38,230 bases of DNA from Limisphaerales bacterium (GTDB lineage: Bacteria > Verrucomicrobiota > Verrucomicrobiia > Limisphaerales > SIBE01), in assembly GCA_044225505.1 (NCBI GenBank), contig JBGAIN010000075.1, forward strand, positions 1-38,230. The letters run 5' to 3'. The notes beneath the pieces were generated by a model. It was given only the letters and a program-made list of their open reading frames with translations, was not told where the DNA came from and did not search any database. Made by a program: the position numbers and the translations under genes. Numbering within the stretch: the stretch's first letter is position 1; each line of letters begins with the position of its first letter. Of the stretch, positions 27,779 through 37,876 are shown one piece after another.

Positions 27779-28279
27779 TTAGGTGATCCCCGCTTCTTGA
27801 TCGGCCAGATCGTTCTCCCGTTCCAGGCAGCAGTCCCGGAAGGGACGACCGCTGCCGCAGTCGCAATCGCGCGCACTCCATGCTGGATTGATCCGGCTTT
27901 GTTCGAGAATGCGCCAGAGTGGTGATTCAAAATCCCCATATCCCGCCAGCAGATCTTCGAAAAACTCAACGCCGAAGAACGCGACGGTTCGATCAAACAG
28001 CGGGCGATGACGTTGGGCGAGCTTGAGCCAGCGGCTCCGCTTTCCAGGCGCGACGCGCGAGATCTCCATGAGCAAAGTCGCGAGTTCCGCTACTTCGCGA
28101 TCCGAATGGCCGGTGAGTGTCTTGGTCGATCCGGACAAGTTCAGCCTCCGGCAGGCCACGCACATGATGCAAGAAGGGCTCCCCGATTGGCGGAAGATGC
28201 AGTGAGGTTTGACGGTGTTGGTCAACTCAGGCGAAGTTCTCCGTTGCGGCAATTCGGGATTGGCTGGATGAACCCTCAC
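27779..28279 (-). CDS. Protein or gene remnant with C-terminal SEC-C-like motif
   Basis: C-terminal CDCGSGRPFRDCC; the N-terminal third looks out of frame, so it is possibly a pseudogene. Confidence 0.5.
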   Translation of the reverse strand: MRVHPANPELPQRRTSPELTNTVKPHCIFRQSGSPSCIMCVACRRLNLSGSTKTLTGHSDREVAELATLLMEISRVAPGKRSRWLKLAQRHRPLFDRTVAFFGVEFFEDLLAGYGDFESPLWRILEQSRINPAWSARDCDCGSGRPFRDCCLERENDLADQEAGIT

Positions 28280-28379
28280 TCGAGCTGCTGATCAAATGCG
28301 CAGAATGCGGGAACCCGGAGGTTTGCGGAAGTCCGGCGTTCAAGAAGGAACTGGAGCGTAGCCGCACCGTGGCAGCAGA

Positions 28380-28500
28380 TTCTTATCGCCTGCCACTCGC
28401 CAGCGTGGGAACCAAAGGTTTCGTCCCATTTCGTCGAGCCGATGCTGCACGTGCCGCTGGATTTCAGCAGGCAGCGCAAAGAACCGTTCGTCGAAACGGC
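28380..28500 (-). pseudogene. Possible RelE/ParE-like toxin fragment
   Basis: RFDERFFALPAEIQRHVQHRLDEMGRNL.FPRWRV resembles the N-terminal helices of RelE-like toxins; no full ORF. Confidence 0.3.
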
Positions 28501-28530
28501 CGTCGTCATCACCAGTGCAAAACATTTTTC

Positions 28531-28556
28531 GCAACTTTTTGCGGCGAGTCCCGCAG
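28531..28556 (+). promoter_or_regulatory. Candidate ECF promoter upstream of the dehydrogenase gene
   Basis: GCAACT-N14-CCGCAG preceded by a T tract; same motif at 32139-32164. Confidence 0.55.
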
Positions 28557-28599
28557 ATAACAGTGGAAGACGAGACCTTTTCAAACTGAGGACGGAAAT

Positions 28600-31254
28600 A
28601 TGCGGCTTGCTCTTAATAACCTTGGACGGGAGTTTCACTTTCGACTGGTCTGCGCAGTCGCTGGAGCAGTGGCGCTCCTCGGCCTTTGCGCTGAAAGCCG
28701 CGCGGAGCTCTCCAACGCGCTCCAGCGAGTCCCCAACACGACGCTAAAAATGCCTCAGGCTCCGCAGGGCTTCGGATTCAAAACTCAACCGGCGTTTGGG
28801 ACTCTGAGCTTTAGTAATCCCGTTGGCATCCGGAGCGCTCCGGGTGAGACGAACCGGCTTTTTGTCATCGAGCAAGGCGGGAAAGTTTTCGCGATCACGA
28901 ACCTCGCCGAACCGACCAAGACACTCTTCTTGGATTTAAAGCCGAAAGCTTTAGCCGGACCGCTCTCCGGGCTCTTCGCGTTGACGTTCCATCCTGGATA
29001 CGAGACGAACGGATTTTTCTTCGTCGGCTACAATGTGAGCACGCAAACCGCGGCAGGAACAGGGACGCACTACCGGGTGTCGCGCTTTTCGGTTTCGCCG
29101 GACGACGCGAATAACGCGCTCGCTTCGACCGAGTTGCCATTGATAACGCAGCGCTACAGCGGGTCCGGTTTCTGCGATGATATGCTTTTTGGCCCCGACG
29201 GTTATCTCTACATTGCGGTGGCGGACCCGGCGATGGATGCCAGCGGCACACTCCAGGCGATCGACAGCAATCTGCTCGGCGGAATCTTGCGGATCGATGT
29301 GGATAAGAAAGCGGGCAATCTGGAGCCGAACCCGCATCCCGCGGTGACGACGAATTACTCGATCCCGGCAGATAACCCCTATGTGGGCATGACGAACTTC
29401 AACGGAGCGCCGGTTGATCCGTCGAAAGTTCGCACCGAGTTTTACGCGATTGGCCTGCGAAATCCCTGGCGTATGTCGTTGGATCCGCTGAGTGGCCTTT
29501 TATACGTGGGTGATCCCGGCACCAGCCTGTTTGATGAAGTGAATGTCATCACCAAGGGCGGGAACTACGGCTGGCCATATCGTGAAGGGACGGGTCCCGG
29601 ACCGCGCGCGAGCAAGGCGCCGGCGGGCTTGCACTGGATCAATCCGGTTTTTCAACGTGCCACCGGCGCGTTGATTGGAGGTGTCGTTTACCGCGGCGGG
29701 AAGTATTCCGAATTGGAAGGCTCCTATATCTTCGGCGATTGGGTCAATGGGCAAGTAACCGGGCTGCGCTATGCCGGGACGAATCTAGCGTCTGCGCAGG
29801 CGGTCACGACCCAAGGCGGCGTGGTCGGATTCGGCCTCGATCCGAGCGACGGTGATCTGCTCCTGATAAGTCGTGAAGGGGGGCGGGTGCTACGGTTAAT
29901 CTCCGGCACGAACACCGTCGGCACACCACTCCCTCCCACCCTCGCGGAGACAGGCGCATTTTCGGATCTTCGTTTCCTGACACCGAATCCCGGGATCGTT
30001 GCGTATGATGTAAACGTCTCGTTCTGGTCGGACAACGCGCTCAAGCGACGGTGGTTCTCCATCCCTAACACGAACACGATGACTTTCAACCGCCAAGGCA
30101 ACTGGTCTTTTCCGACGGGAACCGTCTTCATCAAGCATTTTGAATTGGAGTTGACCAATGGCGTGCCCTCCTCCGCACGAAGGATCGAGACTCGCGTGCT
30201 CGTGCGCAACGATAGCGGTGTTTACGGAGTTACTTACCGCTGGGGGGATTCCGCAACCAACGCCACGCTCGTCCCGGCCGAAGGACTGGATGAACCATTC
30301 ACGATCATTGCCGGCGGAACGGTCCGAACGCAGGTTTGGCATTACCCAAGCCGGAGCGAGTGTTTGACCTGCCACACACCGCTCGCGGGCTATGCGCTTG
30401 GCTTCAACACAGCCCAGCTGAATCGCGACTTCAACTACGAAGGGCGCACCGAAAACCAGATTCGCGCATTAAGCGAGGCGGGTTATTTCAACCGCAGTGT
30501 CACTGGCATCTGGACGCTGCCAGCGCTCGCGCACGCAACCAACCAGGCGGTCAGTCTCGATTTTCGCGTCCACTCTTACTTGGCGGCCAACTGTGTGCAA
30601 TGTCATCAACCCGGCGGCTCGGCTCGGGCCAACTTCGATGCACGTCTAAGCACGCCGTTCTCGGATTCCGGTTTGATAGGCGGAGCGCCCGTGAATAGCC
30701 TTGATGACCCTGCGAATTTGGTCGTTAAACCTGGCTCGGTCGAACACTCCATTCTGTATTCTCGCATCGCGAATCCAGGCCCCAACCATATGCCTCCACT
30801 CGGCACTTCCGTCTTGGACCAGGAAGCGATCGATTTGCTAAGTGCCTGGATCACCGGAAGTGTCACCAACTATCAATCCTACGCCGATTGGCAGAAGTCC
30901 GTGTTCGGCTCGACAGACATCATCGGCTCCGCTCCGACGGACGATCCCGATGTCGACGGAGCGAGCAATGAACTGGAATATCTCACTGGAACAGATCCAT
31001 TGTCGATCGAGGACACCTGGCGGATTTGGGTTAGAGCCGCCGACGGCAGCGCGCAGATACGTTTTCCGAGGCTTGCGCATCGTGGATTTGAAGTTCAGTG
31101 GACGAGCGATCTCGCTTCGCCCGGTTCATGGCAGCCGCTGGACGTGCCCGGCAACGCGCCGATCTTTGCAGCGACCAATTCGGTGGCTGACGTCCAAGAC
31201 ATACTCGCGCCTGGCACCAGCCGATTTTACCGCGTGCGCGTCTTTGAACCCTGA
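28600..31254 (+). CDS. PQQ-dependent glucose/sorbosone dehydrogenase-like beta-propeller fused to a diheme c-type cytochrome domain
   Basis: Signal peptide; FGPDGYLY, GILRIDVD, IPADNPY, GLRNPWR, GGNYGWP; CLTCH (30361-30375), CVQCH (30592-30606), HMPP; C-terminal DPDVDGASNELEY and RFYRV. Confidence 0.88.
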   Translation: MRLALNNLGREFHFRLVCAVAGAVALLGLCAESRAELSNALQRVPNTTLKMPQAPQGFGFKTQPAFGTLSFSNPVGIRSAPGETNRLFVIEQGGKVFAITNLAEPTKTLFLDLKPKALAGPLSGLFALTFHPGYETNGFFFVGYNVSTQTAAGTGTHYRVSRFSVSPDDANNALASTELPLITQRYSGSGFCDDMLFGPDGYLYIAVADPAMDASGTLQAIDSNLLGGILRIDVDKKAGNLEPNPHPAVTTNYSIPADNPYVGMTNFNGAPVDPSKVRTEFYAIGLRNPWRMSLDPLSGLLYVGDPGTSLFDEVNVITKGGNYGWPYREGTGPGPRASKAPAGLHWINPVFQRATGALIGGVVYRGGKYSELEGSYIFGDWVNGQVTGLRYAGTNLASAQAVTTQGGVVGFGLDPSDGDLLLISREGGRVLRLISGTNTVGTPLPPTLAETGAFSDLRFLTPNPGIVAYDVNVSFWSDNALKRRWFSIPNTNTMTFNRQGNWSFPTGTVFIKHFELELTNGVPSSARRIETRVLVRNDSGVYGVTYRWGDSATNATLVPAEGLDEPFTIIAGGTVRTQVWHYPSRSECLTCHTPLAGYALGFNTAQLNRDFNYEGRTENQIRALSEAGYFNRSVTGIWTLPALAHATNQAVSLDFRVHSYLAANCVQCHQPGGSARANFDARLSTPFSDSGLIGGAPVNSLDDPANLVVKPGSVEHSILYSRIANPGPNHMPPLGTSVLDQEAIDLLSAWITGSVTNYQSYADWQKSVFGSTDIIGSAPTDDPDVDGASNELEYLTGTDPLSIEDTWRIWVRAADGSAQIRFPRLAHRGFEVQWTSDLASPGSWQPLDVPGNAPIFAATNSVADVQDILAPGTSRFYRVRVFEP

Positions 31255-31325
31255 GCTCGCAAGCCCAGCGGCGCTAGATGTTTTTGCGTTCGACTTTCAA
31301 CGACGAGCTATGGCACGTTTCATCG

Positions 31326-32090
31326 GTGCCTCGTAGCGATCCAGAGCCCGGTTCTTCGATTACTGGCGGTCAGATCAATCCTGGCCAATTTGCCACGACA
31401 CACTGGAGTGTGGTCGCTGCGGCGGGCGGGGAGAACAGGACGGATCAGGCTCACGCGCTGGAGAAACTCTGCCGCGCTTATTGGTATCCGCTCTATGCCT
31501 ATATCCGCCGGCGCGGATACAGTCCTGAGGATGCGCAGGATCTGACTCAAGAGTTCTTCACCCGGTTGATCAAGAAGAACTATCCGGCTCAAGCCGACCG
31601 CGCCAAGGGTAAATTCCGCTCTTTCCTGTTGCTGACATTGAACCATTTTCTGGCCGACGAATTTGACCGGTCTTGCGCGCACAAGCGCGGCGGTGGACAG
31701 GTGCGAATCTCGCTGGATCGAGAACTGGCCGAAGAGCGGTACTCGAGAGAACTCACGGCGGATCTGACCCCGGAAAAGCTCTTCGAACGGCGCTGGGCGC
31801 AGAGCATTCTCGAAGGAGCTCTCGATCGTTTGCGTGCCGAATATGCGGCTGAAAACGATCGGCAGACTTGCGCCGTCTTGCGGGGGTTTGAACCGGGCGA
31901 GCAACTCGCCATGTCCTATGCGGACGCGGCCGCCCGTCTCGGATTGAGCGAAGCCGCTCTGAAATCAAAGATATTCCGAATGCGCCAGCGTCACCGGGAG
32001 CTAGTGCGAGAGGAAATTGCTCAAACTGTCTGCACCGCTTCGGAAATTGACGAGGAACTGCGGCATCTGCTGAAAGTGCTAGCGGAGTAG
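31326..32090 (+). CDS. ECF-type sigma-70 factor
   Basis: FATTHWSVV, LCRAYWYPLYAYIRRRG, EDAQDLTQEFF, GKFRSFLL, sigma4 SYADAAARLGLSEAALKSKIFRMR. Start uncertain (31278-31326). Confidence 0.9.
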   Translation: MPRSDPEPGSSITGGQINPGQFATTHWSVVAAAGGENRTDQAHALEKLCRAYWYPLYAYIRRRGYSPEDAQDLTQEFFTRLIKKNYPAQADRAKGKFRSFLLLTLNHFLADEFDRSCAHKRGGGQVRISLDRELAEERYSRELTADLTPEKLFERRWAQSILEGALDRLRAEYAAENDRQTCAVLRGFEPGEQLAMSYADAAARLGLSEAALKSKIFRMRQRHRELVREEIAQTVCTASEIDEELRHLLKVLAE

Positions 32091-32138
32091 TCTTGACCAA
32101 GCCAAATCAAGAGGTGTCGCGATCGTGTCTTTTTTTCG

Positions 32139-32164
32139 GCAACTCACGCAAGGTTTTGCCGCAG
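32139..32164 (+). promoter_or_regulatory. Candidate ECF promoter upstream of the kinase gene
   Basis: GCAACT-N14-CCGCAG preceded by a T tract, 18 nt before the ATG at 32183. Confidence 0.55.
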
Positions 32165-32182
32165 TACAAGGCATAACGAGCG

Positions 32183-35100
32183 ATGGAAGCGCGAGGGCCA
32201 AACCAGTCTTGCCGCACCTGCGGCGCGAAGCTGAGCGAAGATTCACCCGTCTGCCTCGGGTGCGCGCTGGGTAACGCGCTGGAGTCCACCCCGGACCAGA
32301 AGACCGTCGCGCTTCCAGGTGCCGTATTCACGAGCGAATACAGCGGGACTTCTTCTTTAACCCGCTTTGGCGACTACGAGTTGCTGGAAGAAATCGCCCG
32401 AGGCGGCATGGGGATTGTGTACAAAGCTCGTCAAATAACCCTGAACCGCCTGGTCGCGGTCAAGATGATCCTTTTCGGCCCGTTAGCCAGTGCCGAGATG
32501 GTGCGGCGTTTCCGCACGGAAGCGTCGGCCGCAGGTTGTTTGCAGCATCCGAATATCGTGAGGATTCACGACGTCGGCCTGCAGGGCAATCAACAGTATT
32601 TCGTCATGGATTACGTCGACGGACCCAGTCTGGGCCACCTGGTGCGGGATCGCCCCTTGCCGGCCAAAGAGGCGGCGCGTTACGTGAGAATTATCGCAGA
32701 AGCGGTTCACTACGCGCATGAACGCGGCATTCTGCATCGCGATCTAAAACCTTCCAACGTGCTGATTGATTCGGAGAATCAGCCGCGGGTGGTGGATTTC
32801 GGCCTGGCCAAACGTTTTACCGAAGATTCGAGCCTGACACTCAGTGGGCATGTGCTGGGTTCTCCGAGTTACATGCCGCCGGAGCAGGCCGGAGCTTCCC
32901 GAGTCAAGGTGGGGCGCCACAGTGATGTCTACTCGCTCGGAGCGGTTCTGTACCATCTGCTGACCGGCCGCGCACCTTTCCAGGCCGAGACCCTCCCCCA
33001 GACCCTGGAAATGGTGACCAACAACGAAGCGCTCTCGCCACGCTTGCTGAACCCGGCCACCCCGTCCGACCTCGAGACGATCTGCCTCAAGTGCCTCGAG
33101 AAAGCGCCGGGTAAACGCTATCTTACAGCTCAAGCACTGGCAGACGAACTCGCGCGCTTCGAACGTGACGAGCCGATTGAGGCCCGGCCGATCACCCGCC
33201 TCGAGCGGGTAGGGCGCTGGTGCCGGCGCAAGCCCGCCCTGGCCGCGCTGCTCGTGTTAGTACACTTGGTTGGCTTCGTCGGGTTGGCGGGAATTATCTG
33301 GCAATGGCGCCGCGCTGAGCAGAACGCCGCCTCGGCAGAAACTCAGCGCCAGGCCGCTGAGGAAAAACAGAAGGAAGCACTGAGCGAACGCGCGGTGGCG
33401 GTTGCGGAGCGAGGGCGCGCGGATCTTCAGGCGCGCAAAGCTTTCGACAGTCAACAGCAGGCTCGCCGGCTTCTTTACATTTCCGACATCAATCTAGCCC
33501 AGCAGGCCCTCCGCCTGAACAACCTCGGCAAAGCCCGTCGCTTGCTGGATCGGCATCGCCCGCAAGCGAGCGAAGAGGACCTGCGCGGCTGGGAGTGGCG
33601 GTATCTTTGGCAACTCACCCGCAGCAGCGCCCTGCTTACTCTCACCAACGGATCAGCGCCCGGTTTCTCGTTGAGCTTTTCGCCCGACGGCACGCGGTTG
33701 GCCGTCGGTTGGTTCGATGGGCGCGTCGAGTTATGGGATGTTCCAGCGCGGCGACAACTTCGGGCTTTGAGCGAGAAATCCTCCAACCAAGGCAGAGTGG
33801 CATTCTCTCCGGTGCGCAATGCTCTAGCCGCCACCACCCAACCAGGAACGGTCAAGCTGTATGACTTTGATGCGGGCCACGAAGCCATTCTCTGGCGCGC
33901 GGACGCGGGGCCGAGCATCGTTCGTGATCTGTCATTCTCCGCGGATGGCGCCAAAGTTCTTGTCTACGCCGGATTTCCTGCCAACCCAAACGGCGCGCCG
34001 AACGCGGCCCTGACCGACTTGGTTTGGGTGGTGAAGGCCTCCTCCGGCGAGATTCTTAGTCGGCACACGGCCGGTTACAGCGCTACCTTCCATTTCGGCG
34101 CGGCCAGATTCTCACCGGACGGGGAACGCCTCTACCTGCCGGAGGGGAATAGTGTGAATTACCGCTACTCCCTTCGCTCGATCGACCTCGCCACTGGCCA
34201 GCAACTCTGGCAGACGGAACCGCTTCGAGATTACGGCCTGAGCGGTCTCGCGATTTCGCCTGATGGACGCGTGCTAGCCAGCGCGTCAGGTTTTGAAGAC
34301 ACCGCGATCCGCATCTGGGACACGGCGAACGGTCACCAGATCGTTCGGCTTGATGGTCACGCCGCGTGGGTCTCTCATCTGGAGTTTTCGAAGGACGGCC
34401 GCCATTTGGTTTCCGCGGCGACGGACCAAACCATCCGCATCTGGGACACGAGTAGTTGGACCGAACTCAACGTCCTCCGCGGCCATAGCGACGAGGTCTT
34501 TTCCCTTGCCATCTCCGGTACCGCAAAGCTCCTCGCCAGTGCCAGCAAGGATGGTGCGCTGACGCTTTGGAACGACGACGGAACTGGCGTATTCAATGGC
34601 TATGCTCGTTTGCCGGATGACCTTCAGGTTGACGAGTTGCTCCCGCTCAGCCAATCCCGTCTGTTGCTGTTGCCAGCGGGCAAGCCACCGCAATTTTTCG
34701 ATTTCAAGAACAACTCTCGATCAGACCTTCCCCATTCCCTAGGTTCCTCCTCGAACGTGCTCGGATTTTTCGGAACGAACATTCTGTGCGCCTGGAATGG
34801 GCTGGACCAAATCGCGGTCCACAAATGGCACAATGGGAAATTTCAGCAGCTGGGAACGGTTCCGCTCAGTTCCGCAAGTCGGCCGAGTGGCTGTGTCTAC
34901 GATTCGGCGCGCGGGCGCCTGGCTTTCGCCCAGGAGTCCGCTCCTTTCTCGATCTTGATTACGAGTCTCAACGCGCCGGAGAAACAGCTTGCCCTAAAGG
35001 CCAACGCCCGAGGACTTATTCCCGTGCGTTTCAGCCCAGACGGTAAGCACCTGTTCGCCGCCGCCCGAAACCAGGAGGTTCGCCAAGCCTGGGATGAGGT

Positions 35101-35662
35101 GCAGGCGTGGAACATCCAATCCGGACAAGTGGCGATTTCTCTGAATGGAGTGATTCGAGACGCGACGTTTGCGGCCGGAGGGCAAATCCTGGCTGTCTCC
35201 AGGTCACTCGGTCCAGAACACGAGCTCTTATTCTTTGAGCTCGCTCAGCCAAACCGCCCGCCGCGCCGGATCTCTGGAAAAGGCGAAGTGTTTTCGCTCG
35301 CCGCTGCGTGCGATGGTGCGCTGGTCGCTTGCTCCACTACCCGCGGAGAAGTGCAGTTTTTCGATCCTCTGAAAGGTGAGTTGATCGAGTCGATCCACGG
35401 CCATCTTCACTCGGCCTTTGGCCTCTCGTTCTCTCCGGACGGCCGTATCCTCATCTCGGCCTCCGGCGGGCGCGAGGCAGTGAAACTGTGGGACGTCAGC
35501 ACCCGACAGGAACTGCTTACGCTCGAAGGCACCGGCTCGCTGTTGTCTCGAGTGACCTGGAGTCCCGAGGGCGATTTACTTGTTGCGGGAACACCTTGGC
35601 AGGCCTGGCGCGCTCCTTCCTGGGAGGAAATTGCCGCTGTCGAACAACAGGAGCATCGTTGA
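32183..35662 (+). CDS. Hanks-type Ser/Thr kinase with N-terminal CxxC..CxxC, one TM helix and WD40 repeats
   Basis: ARGGMGIVY, VAVK, HRDLKPSN, DFGLAK, GSPSYMPPEQ, SDVYSLG; TM ALAALLVLVHLVGFVGLAGIIW; GH...FS.DG...IRIWD repeats. Confidence 0.95.
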   Translation: MEARGPNQSCRTCGAKLSEDSPVCLGCALGNALESTPDQKTVALPGAVFTSEYSGTSSLTRFGDYELLEEIARGGMGIVYKARQITLNRLVAVKMILFGPLASAEMVRRFRTEASAAGCLQHPNIVRIHDVGLQGNQQYFVMDYVDGPSLGHLVRDRPLPAKEAARYVRIIAEAVHYAHERGILHRDLKPSNVLIDSENQPRVVDFGLAKRFTEDSSLTLSGHVLGSPSYMPPEQAGASRVKVGRHSDVYSLGAVLYHLLTGRAPFQAETLPQTLEMVTNNEALSPRLLNPATPSDLETICLKCLEKAPGKRYLTAQALADELARFERDEPIEARPITRLERVGRWCRRKPALAALLVLVHLVGFVGLAGIIWQWRRAEQNAASAETQRQAAEEKQKEALSERAVAVAERGRADLQARKAFDSQQQARRLLYISDINLAQQALRLNNLGKARRLLDRHRPQASEEDLRGWEWRYLWQLTRSSALLTLTNGSAPGFSLSFSPDGTRLAVGWFDGRVELWDVPARRQLRALSEKSSNQGRVAFSPVRNALAATTQPGTVKLYDFDAGHEAILWRADAGPSIVRDLSFSADGAKVLVYAGFPANPNGAPNAALTDLVWVVKASSGEILSRHTAGYSATFHFGAARFSPDGERLYLPEGNSVNYRYSLRSIDLATGQQLWQTEPLRDYGLSGLAISPDGRVLASASGFEDTAIRIWDTANGHQIVRLDGHAAWVSHLEFSKDGRHLVSAATDQTIRIWDTSSWTELNVLRGHSDEVFSLAISGTAKLLASASKDGALTLWNDDGTGVFNGYARLPDDLQVDELLPLSQSRLLLLPAGKPPQFFDFKNNSRSDLPHSLGSSSNVLGFFGTNILCAWNGLDQIAVHKWHNGKFQQLGTVPLSSASRPSGCVYDSARGRLAFAQESAPFSILITSLNAPEKQLALKANARGLIPVRFSPDGKHLFAAARNQEVRQAWDEVQAWNIQSGQVAISLNGVIRDATFAAGGQILAVSRSLGPEHELLFFELAQPNRPPRRISGKGEVFSLAAACDGALVACSTTRGEVQFFDPLKGELIESIHGHLHSAFGLSFSPDGRILISASGGREAVKLWDVSTRQELLTLEGTGSLLSRVTWSPEGDLLVAGTPWQAWRAPSWEEIAAVEQQEHR

Positions 35663-35735
35663 TCAGAGAGAGCCACCGAGATAGTGGGACCAGCATTCGA
35701 ATGCAACACGGTTCTGGGCAACTAAAAGGAGCGTT

Positions 35736-37535
35736 ATGCGAATCGACACGACGATGAAGTTCATCATGCTCACGGGTCTGGCATTGAGCGGCCCAGTGCA
35801 GGCAGAAGAAGCGGGCCTCCAGCCCGAGTACACCATTGCCTTTGCGAGCTTTGCGCCTGTCAATTCGGATCTCTTTACGGCCGATGCCGACGGAAGCAAT
35901 GCAAAGCCGCTTCTTCCCCACGCGGAGTTGGACTACAACGCCTCGTTCTCAAAGGACGGGAAATGGGTTGTCTTCACCTCGGAGCGAAACGGGTCAACTG
36001 ACATTTACCGTGCACACCCGGACGCTTCCGGGCTTGAGCGATTGACCGACCATCCTGCTTTTGATGACCAGGGAGCCCTTTCTCCCGATGGCAAGTCCCT
36101 CGCCTTCGTTTCCAGTCGGAGTGGGCAGGCTGACATTTGGCTCCTCGATCTGGAAACCGGTAAGACTCGGAATCTAACCGACGATCCTGGCGGTGATTTT
36201 CGACCGGCTTGGTCCCCGGACGGAACGTGGATTGCATTCTCTTCCGACCGGAACTCGAAGAAGCCGAGAGGATTCGCCGGCTTTGAAACGCTTCATTCCA
36301 CAGAGATCTTTCTTATCCGGCCAGATGGGACCGGCTTGAGGCAGATGACCCATCGCGACGCGTTCGCCGGGAGCCCTACCTGGTCGGCGGATGGCGAAGA
36401 GCTGCTCTTTTATGAAGCCGAGCTCAATGAGGTAAACAGAATCACCGCGCCTACCCGGCTGCGAGGGGTGACTCAGCTTGCGAAAATGGACGTCCAAACG
36501 GGGGCGCGGCGCGTGTTGACCTCCGAACCCGGGGAGAAATGGTCTCCTCACTGGCTGCCGAAAGGCCGAATCGCTTTTGTCAGCGGTGGGCCGGACGGTG
36601 GACTGGAGTTCACCACGGGCCGCGCGGGCGCGCGTGGCGAGTTCGGAAGCCCCAGTTGGTCTGCGGATGGCCAGCGGATGGTTTTTCACCGGGAGGTCGA
36701 TCACAACTGGCCTCCCCTCCGCCAGGTCCACAGCCTGGATCCACAATTCCGTCTGGTGCGAACCGGAGTGTTTCCGTCTTACTCGCCGTCCGGAGAGAAG
36801 CTGGTGTGCATGGATGCAACAGCCGCCATCCTCTCTCACGCCATTTTGTTAATGAATGCGGATGGCTCACAACGTTCGGTCCTCTTCAACGCGGGGACAA
36901 GTAGCCCACTCTCTCCGGCCTGGTCTCCCCACGGGGATCAGATCGTGTTTGGCCTTGGGAAGTTTTTTCAGACGGTCCAAGGCCGTGCCGCCGCCGACAT
37001 TGCGACTATCGACAGCGACGGCCATGGCCTACGGATGCTGACGTCCGGGTCAGGCAACAGTGGCTTTCCGAGTTGGTCGCCCGACGGAAGGCAGATTGTC
37101 TTTCGGCGGTCGGGCGGGGAGAACGACGGTTTGTTCATCATGGACGTCAATACCGGCGCCGTGAGATCTCTGGTCACGGGATCCAATCATGACAATTTTC
37201 CCGCCTGGTCGCCGCGGGACGACATGATCGCGTTCACGACCTATCGAGATGGAGATTACGAAATTTACACAATCAAAGCCGATGGCACAGGAATGAAGCG
37301 TTTAACCCGATCCCCGGGAAATGATGCGCACTGCAGTTGGTCACCTGACGGCCAATGGCTCGCTTTCTCCAGTGCGCGAGGCGGATTCAAAGACGAAGCG
37401 GTCTTGCATCCGTATAACCCGCAGCCCTACGGAGACATTTTTGTAATGCGAGCGGACGGAACTGATACGAGACGGCTCACGGATAATCAGTACGAAGAAG
37501 CGACGCTAACCTGGGCGCCGCAGCGCAAGCACTAA
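35736..37535 (+). CDS. Exported TolB-like protein (PD40/WD40-like repeats)
   Basis: AAGGAG RBS, signal peptide, and many P.WSPDG..I.F.S.R repeats consistent with two propellers. Confidence 0.9.
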   Translation: MRIDTTMKFIMLTGLALSGPVQAEEAGLQPEYTIAFASFAPVNSDLFTADADGSNAKPLLPHAELDYNASFSKDGKWVVFTSERNGSTDIYRAHPDASGLERLTDHPAFDDQGALSPDGKSLAFVSSRSGQADIWLLDLETGKTRNLTDDPGGDFRPAWSPDGTWIAFSSDRNSKKPRGFAGFETLHSTEIFLIRPDGTGLRQMTHRDAFAGSPTWSADGEELLFYEAELNEVNRITAPTRLRGVTQLAKMDVQTGARRVLTSEPGEKWSPHWLPKGRIAFVSGGPDGGLEFTTGRAGARGEFGSPSWSADGQRMVFHREVDHNWPPLRQVHSLDPQFRLVRTGVFPSYSPSGEKLVCMDATAAILSHAILLMNADGSQRSVLFNAGTSSPLSPAWSPHGDQIVFGLGKFFQTVQGRAAADIATIDSDGHGLRMLTSGSGNSGFPSWSPDGRQIVFRRSGGENDGLFIMDVNTGAVRSLVTGSNHDNFPAWSPRDDMIAFTTYRDGDYEIYTIKADGTGMKRLTRSPGNDAHCSWSPDGQWLAFSSARGGFKDEAVLHPYNPQPYGDIFVMRADGTDTRRLTDNQYEEATLTWAPQRKH

Positions 37536-37876
37536 AAAGGTGGCGTCCTGTCGTTGCCACCGCCAAGCACCAGCCCTGGCGGCCAAAACTGGATCAATGA
37601 ACGGCATTCCCTGGCGGACCTCGCACTCCGGCAGGTGGAACCGCGCGTTGCCGACTACCAGGGATGAGGATTTGCAGAAACGTCTCCATCGCTGGCTGAT
37701 TCCCTTGAAGCAATGGATTCGCTTCCCTCGCGCTGCGATTCGGCAGCACGTCTTGGTCCCTCGTCGCTGCGCCCCTCCCGGTTTTCAACAGGCTCCGGGC
37801 TAGGCGATCGTACCGGCTATTCCGCCACTTGCGCGCGCGGCGTCATTGCGAAGCAGCTTATTTCCAAGATCTTGCG

